IMG/VR virus record: IMGVR_UViG_3300033182_000674
Location: 124,001-188,000 of that record
Direction: 5' to 3' (one strand)
Length of the DNA stretch: 64,000 nucleotides
Every line of letters starts with the position of its first letter. Positions within the stretch are counted from its first letter, which is position 1. The notes below the pieces were generated by a model. That model was not told the DNA's origin and did not search any database. It was given only the letters and a program-made list of their open reading frames with translations. Position numbers and translations under genes: made by a program. Below, piece by piece: positions 9,901 through 19,212 of the stretch.

Positions 9901-12900
9901 CATCACTTTGTCTAAAATTATAATATAGTGCAAAACCGCCTGATCCTGGATGGAACGGGAATCCACCACTATTTCTTAATATTGATAATGTATATTCTAC
10001 ACCATTTTCTACAACAAAACCAACAATAATACCAATTACATCATCATCAGTACCAGGACTATAAACAGTTGCAGAAATTTCTAAAGGTTCTGTACCATAA
10101 TAAGCTGGAGATGTAAAACCAATAAATGTTCCGCTATTGACCGTACTACTTATTTGTCCAGTATTTGCATCATATGCCCAAGACTGAGTTTCATTATAAT
10201 TTGCTGGATAAGAACCGCTAGAACTATGAGAGAATCTATACCAAGTATTAAATACTTGTTCTTGTGTTAAGAAAGCTCCAAGTTCATTTTCTAAACCGCC
10301 TGCATTTGCGATCCAGCGTCCAATTTGCATTAATTGCAAGTTACCTTTATGATAAACAGGATTATTATTAACAAGTAAAAAATCATCATTTGCTACATGA
10401 AAATGTGCAAAGTCACTAGTAAAATCCATACCAATAGAAGATGCTGGAGTACCATATGAATGGAATGTTCCAGTTCCGCCAGACGACGCAATTTCTGCAT
10501 CAGCAGTTGTTTCCCAATCAGATTGCATTGCTGCAGCATTAGCATAAGTACTAGGTATTTGACTATACCACCATTCAATACCATCTTTATCAGGAAGACG
10601 TCCTAAATAAGACACATACCAACCAGCAATAGTTGCAAAATCACCTGTTGCTGAGCTAGGTACAAGATACCAACCAGGATCACTAAATGAGCCATTTGGA
10701 TAAGTAACAACACCTCTTATATAAGTGCCATTTGCATCAGTTAACTCATATCCATCAAGTATAGCAGTTGGTATATTAGTTGAATTGTATAAGTATGAAG
10801 TGATCAGCGCATGTGTAGTTGGTCCAGAATCAAGATGAGCATCCCAGAATTTTATTCCGTGTGTACCATTAGAATCTGGATTACCAACTCTATAATGTCC
10901 AGTTCCAGCAGTATGAGTATTGTTTCCAATAATTAAGTCATTACCAATACTTTCATCATTACCAACATAGAGATTATTAGTAATATAAACATCATCAGGT
11001 AAACCAACTTGAACAGTATCAGTCGCTTTAACTTCTACTTCAATTTCTTTAGCTGTTCCTAAGAATGTAATTGTATCTTCTAATACGACTTCTTCAGTGT
11101 TACCATTTGAATCTGCAATAACAATTTTTCTAGTATCAACATAGTCTTTATTAACAGCATCAGTACCAGCTGTAGGTGTATCTACATCTTTAACTCTATT
11201 ATTACCCATACTAATATCATTACTAGCATTTACAGTAAATTTATTTACAAGAGTATCACCTTCAACTGTTAAATTATTTTTTATAGTTGCATCATTACCA
11301 ACTTCTAAATCATTAGTAATTTTTACATCATCTGGTAAGCCAATAGTAAGAGTTCTTGGACTTGAAACAACAGCTTCAACTTCAAATTCAGTGCCTAAAA
11401 CAGTAACAGTAGAACCGACAATTGTACCAAGTGTAATAACTTCACTATTACTATCACCATCAGCTATTGTCCAACCAGCACCCATATGTGCATCAACTAC
11501 AGCTTTAGTTACAGCATCTTGTGGATCAACTGGATCTGCAACATTAGTAACTCTATTAGCACCCATATCAATAGTACTACCACTATCAACTGCAAAATCT
11601 GCTACAGTAGTATCACCATCAACGTCTAAATTATTTGTTATACTTGCATCATTGGCTACAGATAAGTCATTACCAATAGTTGCATCGCGAGCAACATGCA
11701 AATCTATACCAATAGTAGTTCCACCAGCAACATGAAGATTTTCACCAACGTAAAGATCTTGTGCTACAGTCGCACTATCAACCCATAATCCGCCATAAAT
11801 TACTGAACCTTTATCGATACGTAATTTATCGGCAGAATCAATATAAGCTAAGTCTTCGTTATCATATGAATATAAGGCATTAGCCGAATGGTCTCCCATC
11901 GCAGCAAATGTTTTTCCAGTAATTCTTGCGGAAATAAACGCAGCTGGATTTTCATCACCTTTTCCAGAAGAAACTTCATATGCTTTTGCACCTTCATCGT
12001 TCTTCTCGAATATAGCAGCATAAGGTGTTCTTATAATATCTTCTGCTTCAAATCCAGGTGGTGGTGCAGTTTGAATAGTACTAACATTTGCAATTTTAGT
12101 TAAGCCTGCACTTCTAGCAGCATCTCTTAATGCTTGTGTAACTTCTGCTTCCCATGCATCCCAACTGGTTATAACACCAATCTGACCATTTGTCATAGCA
12201 TCAATATCAGCTGCCAATTGATCTGATGCAGCAGGATCACCAAAAGTATCATAATCTGTAGAAGATACTACATCTACTTCTGGACTATTATATTCACCAT
12301 CAATGTTTATGATAGTTAATCTTAAACCACGTGTTTGGTTAATTCCAGACTCTTCACCATAGTAAGCAACATCATCTATTAATAAGTATGAACCAGTTTC
12401 ATTACCATCTTCACCTGCAGCAACTAATGCATTATGTTCATTTAAACCAGTTCCTCTAATTGCTAAAGTAACAAAAGAATTAGATGTTTTTGCTGCGTTT
12501 AATAAAGTTATTGGTGAAGTAACACCTTGATCACTCTTAATATAAAAGATAGAGTTAATAGCTGGATTAGTATTAAATAGTAATCTATTTGTGCAATAAT
12601 AATCTTGATATCTTTCATTTGGATGCTGATAATAACCAGGCTGATCACTTGGTTGTAGATTATATAGACTAATTAATTCAGGATCGGATAAACCAAATGA
12701 ATCTAAATATGTCCAAACTCTATTTTTATATAATTGAAAAATTTCAGATGATCCAATAGAAGTATCATAGAAAGTAAAATCTGATATTGTTCCAGCTTGT
12801 TGATCTACAACATATCCAAATTTAGATTCAGGTATAAACTGTGTTAAATCTAAATTAGTATTACCATATGTTTGATTTAAATCAATTTCCCAGCCATAAT

Positions 12901-14650
12901 TTATATTAGATGACCCCCACTCACTAATTTGTACAAAAACTTTAGCAACAGTTACTTCTTTAATATTGTTATATGTAAAATCTTTTGTAACTCTTAACCA
13001 AGTTTCACCTTGTACTGACCAATTAGCAGGGGTGGATGCAATTTTACCAACAGTTCTAGCATCATTATCTGGGTGTTGTAAAATATATTCATCAGATTGG
13101 CCATAGTTATAAACAATAATAAAGTCGCCTTTTGTGCCATCATCATTCAATGTAGTTGGTCTACGCAAAGCAGATAAAGTATTTTGTTTTATTTCTCCAG
13201 TAAACTTATCTGTTGTTTCTACATAAGCAATTATGACACCCATATAGTCATCAGTTGTTTCTGTTGAAGATAATTTTACTGTTAAATCATATGTTTGATA
13301 TGGATATTCACTAAGTACGCCATTAAATGTTGTGGTGCCAGTACTAATTACATACTCATCAGCAGCACCGTCATATGCCCATTTGTCATAATCAGCAGGT
13401 GAAGCATTAACGCCGTTATTATCATGAGAAAAATTAGTAAAGGCTTTATAGAATTTTTTCTTTTCTGATGTAGTTAGTAAATGAATATAACCTGGAGGTG
13501 GTTTTGCTAATTCTAACTGCATTTGTGCAGAATCTTTAACAAATCTTCCTTTAGTTGCTATTGTATCTAATAAATGAGTATCTAATTCTGAATTATATGT
13601 TAAGACACCACAAGGTAAATTTTTAGGTAAGACTTCTTCTTGATCAGTTTCTTTAAGATAACCAGCAAGATCTGGTTCTATATACCATAAATCTGTTTTT
13701 TCATCATAATAAAACTTTTTATCAGGGTCATTATATGAACTAATAGCTGCATTATCACAGCCATACTTATAACCAGTAAATCCATTTTCAACCGTGATAC
13801 AGCCATTTTTGACATTTAGGTTTTTAAATAAACCAGAATCAACATGTAAGAAAGAACCTTGTGGGTTATAATAATTACCAATTTGTGGTAAATTTGGATC
13901 AAATCCACGTAGTGTCTGGAATTTTAAATTTAAAAACTCGCCGCCTTGAATATAAGCAGAATCTAAATTAGCAACACCAGATGCAATTTCAACTGTTTGT
14001 AAAATATTATTTTCTGATGTCAATGTATCATTAACAATTAGATTATCAACAACTAATGGGTCAGGAAGTGATATACTACATTGAACATCTAAATGACATA
14101 CAGCTAAACTATCAATTACATATAATTTATCAAATGATGCAGAATCAGCATTAAGTGAATTCATTGCAAAAGAAGATTGAGCTTGTGATGATTCGATTTC
14201 ACCTGGATCAAAAACATATTGAGTCGAATCAACTGGAATTATTTCTTCAGACTTATACAGTTGAAAAGTGAATTGAGTATCATTAGCTAAAAGAATACCA
14301 GAAGCAATTAAATCACTACGTGGTGAAGTATGTGTAGCAAACGTAATATTATTTGCGACTAATGGATCAATTTCATCGAGAGAAAAACGTAATCCATATT
14401 GGCCTGATTGATAATAACCATTAAAATAATCATTAGGTATAACAATACGATTATCACTACCAGTTTTATGTGTAGACCATGCTCTTGCTTTAATAGGGTC
14501 TACTGACTTTTCTAAGACAATAGTAAAGTCTACGTATGATGTTTCATACGGTACGTATAGTGTAACAGTTTGGCTACTTGAAGTTGACGATGGCGCTACT
14601 AACTCACCTTCGACGCCTAAATCTGTTTTATATCGGATTACGTCATACAT
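6953..14650 (-). CDS. 2565-aa mosaic fibre/adhesin-like virion protein
   Basis: Contains two TSP-C/lectin-like modules (DDYMG, DDDVIG), an ILEI/PANDER-like segment, beta-helix-like hexapeptide repeats, YadA-neck-like (DAVxK) motifs and a DUF4214-like segment. Also has a GNLTVQGTTTYLNT fibre module, DS-rich repeats, an APEAFNTLKEL motif and two C-terminal Ig-like modules. Confidence 0.8.
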   Translation of the reverse strand: MYDVIRYKTDLGVEGELVAPSSTSSSQTVTLYVPYETSYVDFTIVLEKSVDPIKARAWSTHKTGSDNRIVIPNDYFNGYYQSGQYGLRFSLDEIDPLVANNITFATHTSPRSDLIASGILLANDTQFTFQLYKSEEIIPVDSTQYVFDPGEIESSQAQSSFAMNSLNADSASFDKLYVIDSLAVCHLDVQCSISLPDPLVVDNLIVNDTLTSENNILQTVEIASGVANLDSAYIQGGEFLNLKFQTLRGFDPNLPQIGNYYNPQGSFLHVDSGLFKNLNVKNGCITVENGFTGYKYGCDNAAISSYNDPDKKFYYDEKTDLWYIEPDLAGYLKETDQEEVLPKNLPCGVLTYNSELDTHLLDTIATKGRFVKDSAQMQLELAKPPPGYIHLLTTSEKKKFYKAFTNFSHDNNGVNASPADYDKWAYDGAADEYVISTGTTTFNGVLSEYPYQTYDLTVKLSSTETTDDYMGVIIAYVETTDKFTGEIKQNTLSALRRPTTLNDDGTKGDFIIVYNYGQSDEYILQHPDNDARTVGKIASTPANWSVQGETWLRVTKDFTYNNIKEVTVAKVFVQISEWGSSNINYGWEIDLNQTYGNTNLDLTQFIPESKFGYVVDQQAGTISDFTFYDTSIGSSEIFQLYKNRVWTYLDSFGLSDPELISLYNLQPSDQPGYYQHPNERYQDYYCTNRLLFNTNPAINSIFYIKSDQGVTSPITLLNAAKTSNSFVTLAIRGTGLNEHNALVAAGEDGNETGSYLLIDDVAYYGEESGINQTRGLRLTIINIDGEYNSPEVDVVSSTDYDTFGDPAASDQLAADIDAMTNGQIGVITSWDAWEAEVTQALRDAARSAGLTKIANVSTIQTAPPPGFEAEDIIRTPYAAIFEKNDEGAKAYEVSSGKGDENPAAFISARITGKTFAAMGDHSANALYSYDNEDLAYIDSADKLRIDKGSVIYGGLWVDSATVAQDLYVGENLHVAGGTTIGIDLHVARDATIGNDLSVANDASITNNLDVDGDTTVADFAVDSGSTIDMGANRVTNVADPVDPQDAVTKAVVDAHMGAGWTIADGDSNSEVITLGTIVGSTVTVLGTEFEVEAVVSSPRTLTIGLPDDVKITNDLEVGNDATIKNNLTVEGDTLVNKFTVNASNDISMGNNRVKDVDTPTAGTDAVNKDYVDTRKIVIADSNGNTEEVVLEDTITFLGTAKEIEVEVKATDTVQVGLPDDVYITNNLYVGNDESIGNDLIIGNNTHTAGTGHYRVGNPDSNGTHGIKFWDAHLDSGPTTHALITSYLYNSTNIPTAILDGYELTDANGTYIRGVVTYPNGSFSDPGWYLVPSSATGDFATIAGWYVSYLGRLPDKDGIEWWYSQIPSTYANAAAMQSDWETTADAEIASSGGTGTFHSYGTPASSIGMDFTSDFAHFHVANDDFLLVNNNPVYHKGNLQLMQIGRWIANAGGLENELGAFLTQEQVFNTWYRFSHSSSGSYPANYNETQSWAYDANTGQISSTVNSGTFIGFTSPAYYGTEPLEISATVYSPGTDDDVIGIIVGFVVENGVEYTLSILRNSGGFPFHPGSGGFALYYNFRQSDEREIKFFDTGEGQQGWNSAGETRMGFEKNEGSLTIHCSNFGSTTFNSAYDYTIDLNSDPDLQRFAGTVAYGYCAYSQNDARFKDITEISGAGTIVDMSTGTVYNQHDTSPTNRVSITGTIDVNPGLYYNINKLTLLYKDPNGTITQIEDADPFIINDLGGRVANQSIIPQTDGIYDLGAPNNRWRSLYVTGNTLNMGGVAIKADSSYGFGFSFQVLDSALGGDSFGPGYIIDSASMDGKGFMIVGPNAGMFYDYNNDALYFNKEITTPTFNTTGSVNAFGSGNFGGSLTVDSNALIRGNLTVQGTTTYLNTANTQIRDNVIVLNGNESGNGVSLGTSGIEIERGTAANKSFLWDETNDRWTIGTETLYGSFVGNVTGQVDDISNFTTTDLTEGTNQYYTVTRANSAIDNRVTKSFVENLNISITESQVTDLVHYTSTDFNTDFGAKSTTNLSEGNNLYYTTARHDSDTLVLVDSAYVQARQVDFYRDSAFVIDITDSSYVQARQSYDANRIYIREAGPSDSNADFHIPYIRFTGISGNTGHYQLGADLDGAGFRYNPYNNELIVQKLRADNTITSRHIIPAADSTYDLGSSSNRFRDLYLSGNTIDLGGVTLKNDGGKFNAGGVTLDSNFVVDIVDSTYVQVRQNYDYNSLTNLPFILDSNNVSGIVDGAINSLIAGAPEAFNTLKELSDAIVDGDSNLTTLIGSKVNQSDVITLIDSAYIQLRQADIYRDSGFVTNIIDSAYINARIDAVGGGSGTIDSAALELIIDSDYINARVNTVVGNTIITSYKFIADSGQSIFTGSDANGNSLYYNDNVIVFLNGINLTQGDYTLTDNETITMVEGLDSGAELTIHKFAFSYTGTPSNPIDQFRFVADSAQTVFTDSDYNGNVLSYNPNGVTVYINGILVSKTADWTTDNDGTTITLVDAANINDEIVIINHNNISTDLDDLYVPSNTSHWNTTPTTVGEALDMLAAAFNAQHGVV

Positions 14651-14665
14651 ACGTTAGGCGACCTA

Positions 14666-16198
14666 TTAATTTTCTTCTACATCAATATCGTCTGAATCGT
14701 CAGTTGGTTGAGCTTCAGCTTGAGCTTCAACTTCAGCCTCAATTTGCTTGTTAAGTTCATCAATATCCTGATCATTATATCTAAGTACATTTTTAAGTAC
14801 CCATTCTCTTGAGAAGTAAGTACCAATGTATTGAGACATCATATCAAGAGTTTGCATTCTTTCTCTTAATACTTCTGCATCTTTAAGTTCTGAATAATGA
14901 TTGTCTTTATTATAGTCTATTCTAATATTTGGCTTCCACTCATTCCAATCATCTTCAGTAATGACTTTCTTAAGTAAAAGTTGTTTCTTAAGTATATCTA
15001 AGAATAGGTAACTAAATCTCTTTCTTAGTCTATTAATAAACTTTTGGAATTTAACTTCATCACGACCAATTTCTGTTGCTCGGCCAAGAGAGAATTGAGC
15101 TTCTTGCTCTAATCTATTAAGAGGTACATTTAATGCACGATATACTCTCTTCTGGAAGTAAATAATATCATCGATCTGACCAAGATTTTCACCACCAGGA
15201 AGTGTAGTAATTTCAGTCGAACGACCACCTTCTTTTCTTGGTAACCAAAAATCTTCAAGCATAGACATATGCTTACGATCATCTCTGAGCTCACCAGACT
15301 GTGCATCATAAACTAATTTATTACGATACTTAGTCATAATGTTCTTCATATATTCTTCAGCTTTACCTTTTGGTAAATTACCTACATCAACATAGAAGAT
15401 ACGACGCTCTGGAGCTCGTGCAAGACGATAGATAACCAACGAGTCTTCCATCATTCTTAATTGGTTAATCGGTTTGATTGCTTTGTGTAAGTGTGAAACT
15501 ACCTTTCTTCTTGTCTCATCTAATAGACCAGAAGTAACATAGCTTATAGAATCTAGAGAAAATTTAACGCCATTCGTTTGTTGTCCTGGCTTTTCTTGAT
15601 AAATGTAATATTCATTTACATTTTCAATAAGATCTGCTCCAGTAACTGGATCCTTTTTCTTATTGATTTCTTTTACTTTACGAATTTTAGTAGAGTCAAT
15701 AAAACGAATATCTCTAATGCCTTCTTTAGCATTTGACTCATTTAAAATTAAGTGATGATATAGTCTACCATCGACATACCATCTTCTGAAAAGGTCATGA
15801 CCATTTTCAGCAAAATTCAGCATTGAAAGAACATTATTGAATTCTTCAATGACTTGTTTCTTGATTTTATCTGATGCTTCGACATCATCTAAATCGATTG
15901 CAATTGAATCTTCGTCATCATCAGTAACAACTGCTTCATTAATAATATCTTCAATAGCGGCATCCACCTCTGGATGTACAGCTACTCCACGATATTTCAT
16001 AATGAGTTGGTGATTATCTTTAGCTCTATCGCCATCAATATCAATAAACTGTCCAAAATGACCAGCAGATGCAGTCACATAACCAGCCCCATCGTCACTT
16101 GTGTGTGGAACGACGGATTTTAATTTTTTATCTTCATTTTCATCAGCTTTCGATCTTTTAATCTCAAAGCCGAAAAGTTTAAATCCATTGCCTGCCAT
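14666..16198 (-). CDS. 20: Portal protein gp20
   Basis: FRRWYVDGR, NQLRMMEDSLVIYRLARAPERRIFYVDVGNLP and EDFWLPR motifs. Confidence 0.99.
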   Translation of the reverse strand: MAGNGFKLFGFEIKRSKADENEDKKLKSVVPHTSDDGAGYVTASAGHFGQFIDIDGDRAKDNHQLIMKYRGVAVHPEVDAAIEDIINEAVVTDDDEDSIAIDLDDVEASDKIKKQVIEEFNNVLSMLNFAENGHDLFRRWYVDGRLYHHLILNESNAKEGIRDIRFIDSTKIRKVKEINKKKDPVTGADLIENVNEYYIYQEKPGQQTNGVKFSLDSISYVTSGLLDETRRKVVSHLHKAIKPINQLRMMEDSLVIYRLARAPERRIFYVDVGNLPKGKAEEYMKNIMTKYRNKLVYDAQSGELRDDRKHMSMLEDFWLPRKEGGRSTEITTLPGGENLGQIDDIIYFQKRVYRALNVPLNRLEQEAQFSLGRATEIGRDEVKFQKFINRLRKRFSYLFLDILKKQLLLKKVITEDDWNEWKPNIRIDYNKDNHYSELKDAEVLRERMQTLDMMSQYIGTYFSREWVLKNVLRYNDQDIDELNKQIEAEVEAQAEAQPTDDSDDIDVEEN

Positions 16199-16231
16199 TT
16201 GTTAGTCCTTACTAAATCATAGTATGAAGTA

Positions 16232-16253
16232 GAGGGCCGACCATTCGACCCTC
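16232..16253 (-). promoter_or_regulatory. Stem-loop between genes 19 and 20
   Basis: GAGGGTCGA-ATGG-TCGGCCCTC (9 bp with one G-U pair) and no U-tract. Lies downstream of a late-promoter variant. Confidence 0.5.
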
Positions 16254-16269
16254 CACCAGTTTCAATTAC

Positions 16270-16277
16270 TATTTATT
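16270..16277 (-). promoter_or_regulatory. Late promoter variant (gene 20)
   Basis: AATAAATA, one mismatch to consensus, just after the gene 19 stop. Confidence 0.5.
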
Positions 16278-16281
16278 ACTA

Positions 16282-16809
16282 TTAACTAGTAGTGTTTGAT
16301 TCCCAGTATTGTACCTGGAATTCTACACCGAACTCTTCAATAGTATCAACAGCGTCATAACTCAAATCAATCGCACTGATCATAGTAGGGAAACATCCTC
16401 TAAAGATGTATCTTTTACTAGTTGAACCATCTTTATTAAGTTGGTCAACCATTAAATCAGTTTGATAAGTTTGAGGGTTAGTAAAGCCAGTATTAGTTGA
16501 ATGAGCATTCATACCATTCATCCAACGTTCCATTGCATTTCTAACATTCATATCAACATCGTTGATAATTGTTACATTCCAAGGTTCAAAGGTACGATCG
16601 CCAGCAACCTGTAATTGTCTTCCTCTAAATGGAACAGGAATTGTGCTAATCATTGATGCTGGAAGGTTTGCACCTTTACACATAAATGAAGCTAGCTCAG
16701 ATTCACCGCCCGTATAAAAAGGGAAGTTAAGAGTTACCTTAAAAAGATTGGGACGTGCGCCGCCACCTTTTAGCTTGGCTTTGAAGTCATCTACTCCTAA
16801 AATAGCCAT
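16282..16809 (-). CDS. 19: Tail tube protein gp19
   Basis: GGARPNLF, FRGRQLQVAGDRTFEPW and IDLSYD...EEF motifs. Confidence 0.97.
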   Translation of the reverse strand: MAILGVDDFKAKLKGGGARPNLFKVTLNFPFYTGGESELASFMCKGANLPASMISTIPVPFRGRQLQVAGDRTFEPWNVTIINDVDMNVRNAMERWMNGMNAHSTNTGFTNPQTYQTDLMVDQLNKDGSTSKRYIFRGCFPTMISAIDLSYDAVDTIEEFGVEFQVQYWESNTTS

Positions 16810-16834
16810 TTCTTTCTCCTTAATTTCCTATTAA

Positions 16835-19108
16835 TTAAACGCCAGCGTTGCCGTTACCAACAACCTCTTCAAAAGAAACACCTGTTCTTACAGCTACAAA
16901 GTTCAATGTAATGTAGTTGATTGAACGAGCAGGCTTAATGAAGAGAGATGCAACGAACTCGTTACGATCGATAACATCACCGGTGTTGTTTGTTTCGTCA
17001 CAAACAACCTTAAAGTCGGTGAGACCTCTTCTACCTTTAACGTCTCTTAGTAAAGGCTCTACGATATTAACAAACTCCGCTCTTGTGAACTCATCATTGA
17101 ATTCAAAGAGGATGTTGCCAGCTGCCGCTGAAATCGCTCTCTCAAGTACCAAGAACAATCTACGAACGTTAATACGATCGAATGCAGAAGGTCTTGCTAA
17201 GTGAGTCTTATCACCATAAAGGAGAATACCTTGACCCGGAATATTAGCGATTGGGTTAACACCAGCCAAATACAATTGATCCCTTTCAGACTTATTAGGA
17301 GTGTAAGCCAATGAGGTTACGCCTAATAACTGACCTCTTCTAGGACCAGCAGGTGAGTACCAAGGTGCGAAGTTATTATCTGCCGCAGCCATGAGACCAG
17401 CTGTTGAAGAACAAGCAGGAATAAAGATGTATTGGTCGTTATATTTATCATAAACTTTCAAGTAGTTATTATCTACAATGAGATACGAGCTACGAGTAAA
17501 GTTAGCAACATCAGTTAAAGTATCAGTTGCAGCATCAACAGGATTGTTAACTACAGCACCTCTACTTGGCGATGTTACAACTACACAGTCCTTTCTAATT
17601 CCTTGAGCAATTGCTACCATGTCATTAACAACAGTAGTTTGCGCAGTTGAATTAGCTAAGCCTGGAGCAATCAAGAAATCTACAATGTGAGTATTAACAT
17701 CTTCAAATAGATCAAAACCAGTTACATATTCGTCTTCAGACAATGTATCAGAGTTTTCACCTAAAGTAAGAGTTACATTAACTTCACCAGTAAATGAGTA
17801 TGATTTACCTGATGCAGTTTTGCTACCAGCAGTATTACCTAATGCGGTTGGGAAGTCTACTAACCAAACGTAATTAGATGTTTTATTGATAACTTCTGCG
17901 ATATAAGTAGATCCACCTTGCTCATCTTTAGCATCTCTAGCAAGAGATAAGAATGGGAAGGTTTCAAGGATCTGACCTTTAACACCAGTGAATTCACCTT
18001 CAGTATCAACTACTACAACGTGTACTTCGTCACCAGTTGCGCCTTTAAAGTCCGCATATGATGAAGTACCAGGAGTACCAGTGAAGCTACCAGAGTATGC
18101 CCAAGTAGACCAACCAGCTGCACCAACAATCGATACTTTCAAGCTATTACCCAATTCGCCTGGATATCTAGCAACAAAAGTATGACCATTTGATGTTAGC
18201 GTTGCTCTTTGTGATTCGAATGAATCATCATTCTTTACAATAGGAACTTCTGTAGGTGAGTTTGTGGTGTCATAAGCATTTACACCATAAATTGCTCTGC
18301 CACCCGATAGAGTTACAGTAGGAGTTGAACTGTAATAAACGTTACCGTTAGAGGTTACAGTTACAGTTGCCAATTCGTTACCGTCTGAATCAATAGTTGT
18401 AGCTACAGATGGAGCAGAACCAAGTTCTGGCGATCCAACAATTGTTGCATTTGGTGCAGAAGCATATCCGCCGCCATTATCAACAATAGTAACATTCAAC
18501 GTTTGATAATAATCACCACCAGAAACAGTAAGTGCTGGTGGATTGGTGCTGTCATAGAAATATGGTACAGCGCCAGGAGTTACAGTAACTGTAGTAACAC
18601 CATAGTTATTAACAGTTGCAGTGACAGTTGGTGTATCACCAGAGTCAGGTGCATTTACTGTAATAGTAGGTGCGGCAGATGCATAGATATCACCACTGTC
18701 TACAATAGTGAATCCAGTAATCTGTCCAGATGATGTGTTATGCGTAGCAGTAATGCTAGCAGCAGTTCCAGTGTTGATTAGAGTATTAGTATCTGTTAAA
18801 CTAGTACTTAATACAGCAGCCGGACCTGGTTCATCAACTTCAGTAATTTTTCTAACAACCATAAGGTCATCAGAATATCTTAAGTAGTAAGCCGCAGAGT
18901 GGAAGTCAACTGAATTGTCTTCATCGGGAGTACCGAAAACTCGTGCAAGCGTTCCTTCGTTATTAATGAGCGTAGGCTCGTCACATGGACCCCAGCGGAA
19001 ATTACCAACAATAGCTCCAGTCGATGTAGGAACGTTTGGTACCCCGTTAGTAAGGTCAATTTCTCTTGTGACAACAGCCGGAGACTCTGATGGAGTAAAT
19101 AGTGCCAT
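16835..19108 (-). CDS. 18: Tail sheath protein gp18, with a repeat insertion
   Basis: SPAVVTREIDLT, YPGELGNSL, WYSPAG, FDRINVRRLF, FEFNDEFTR and IKPARSINYITLNF motifs. Confidence 0.98.
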   Translation of the reverse strand: MALFTPSESPAVVTREIDLTNGVPNVPTSTGAIVGNFRWGPCDEPTLINNEGTLARVFGTPDEDNSVDFHSAAYYLRYSDDLMVVRKITEVDEPGPAAVLSTSLTDTNTLINTGTAASITATHNTSSGQITGFTIVDSGDIYASAAPTITVNAPDSGDTPTVTATVNNYGVTTVTVTPGAVPYFYDSTNPPALTVSGGDYYQTLNVTIVDNGGGYASAPNATIVGSPELGSAPSVATTIDSDGNELATVTVTSNGNVYYSSTPTVTLSGGRAIYGVNAYDTTNSPTEVPIVKNDDSFESQRATLTSNGHTFVARYPGELGNSLKVSIVGAAGWSTWAYSGSFTGTPGTSSYADFKGATGDEVHVVVVDTEGEFTGVKGQILETFPFLSLARDAKDEQGGSTYIAEVINKTSNYVWLVDFPTALGNTAGSKTASGKSYSFTGEVNVTLTLGENSDTLSEDEYVTGFDLFEDVNTHIVDFLIAPGLANSTAQTTVVNDMVAIAQGIRKDCVVVTSPSRGAVVNNPVDAATDTLTDVANFTRSSYLIVDNNYLKVYDKYNDQYIFIPACSSTAGLMAAADNNFAPWYSPAGPRRGQLLGVTSLAYTPNKSERDQLYLAGVNPIANIPGQGILLYGDKTHLARPSAFDRINVRRLFLVLERAISAAAGNILFEFNDEFTRAEFVNIVEPLLRDVKGRRGLTDFKVVCDETNNTGDVIDRNEFVASLFIKPARSINYITLNFVAVRTGVSFEEVVGNGNAGV

Positions 19109-19192
19109 GTCGTTTTCCTTATATCCAATAGGTAAATGATAAGTGTTCTACATAATACGGTTGAATAGTTATACAACTATTTCACTTATCTA

Positions 19193-19200
19193 TATTTATA
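19193..19200 (-). promoter_or_regulatory. T4-type late promoter (gene 18)
   Basis: Exact TATAAATA directly after the gene 17 stop. Confidence 0.85.
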
Positions 19201-19212
19201 ACTTTTATATTT

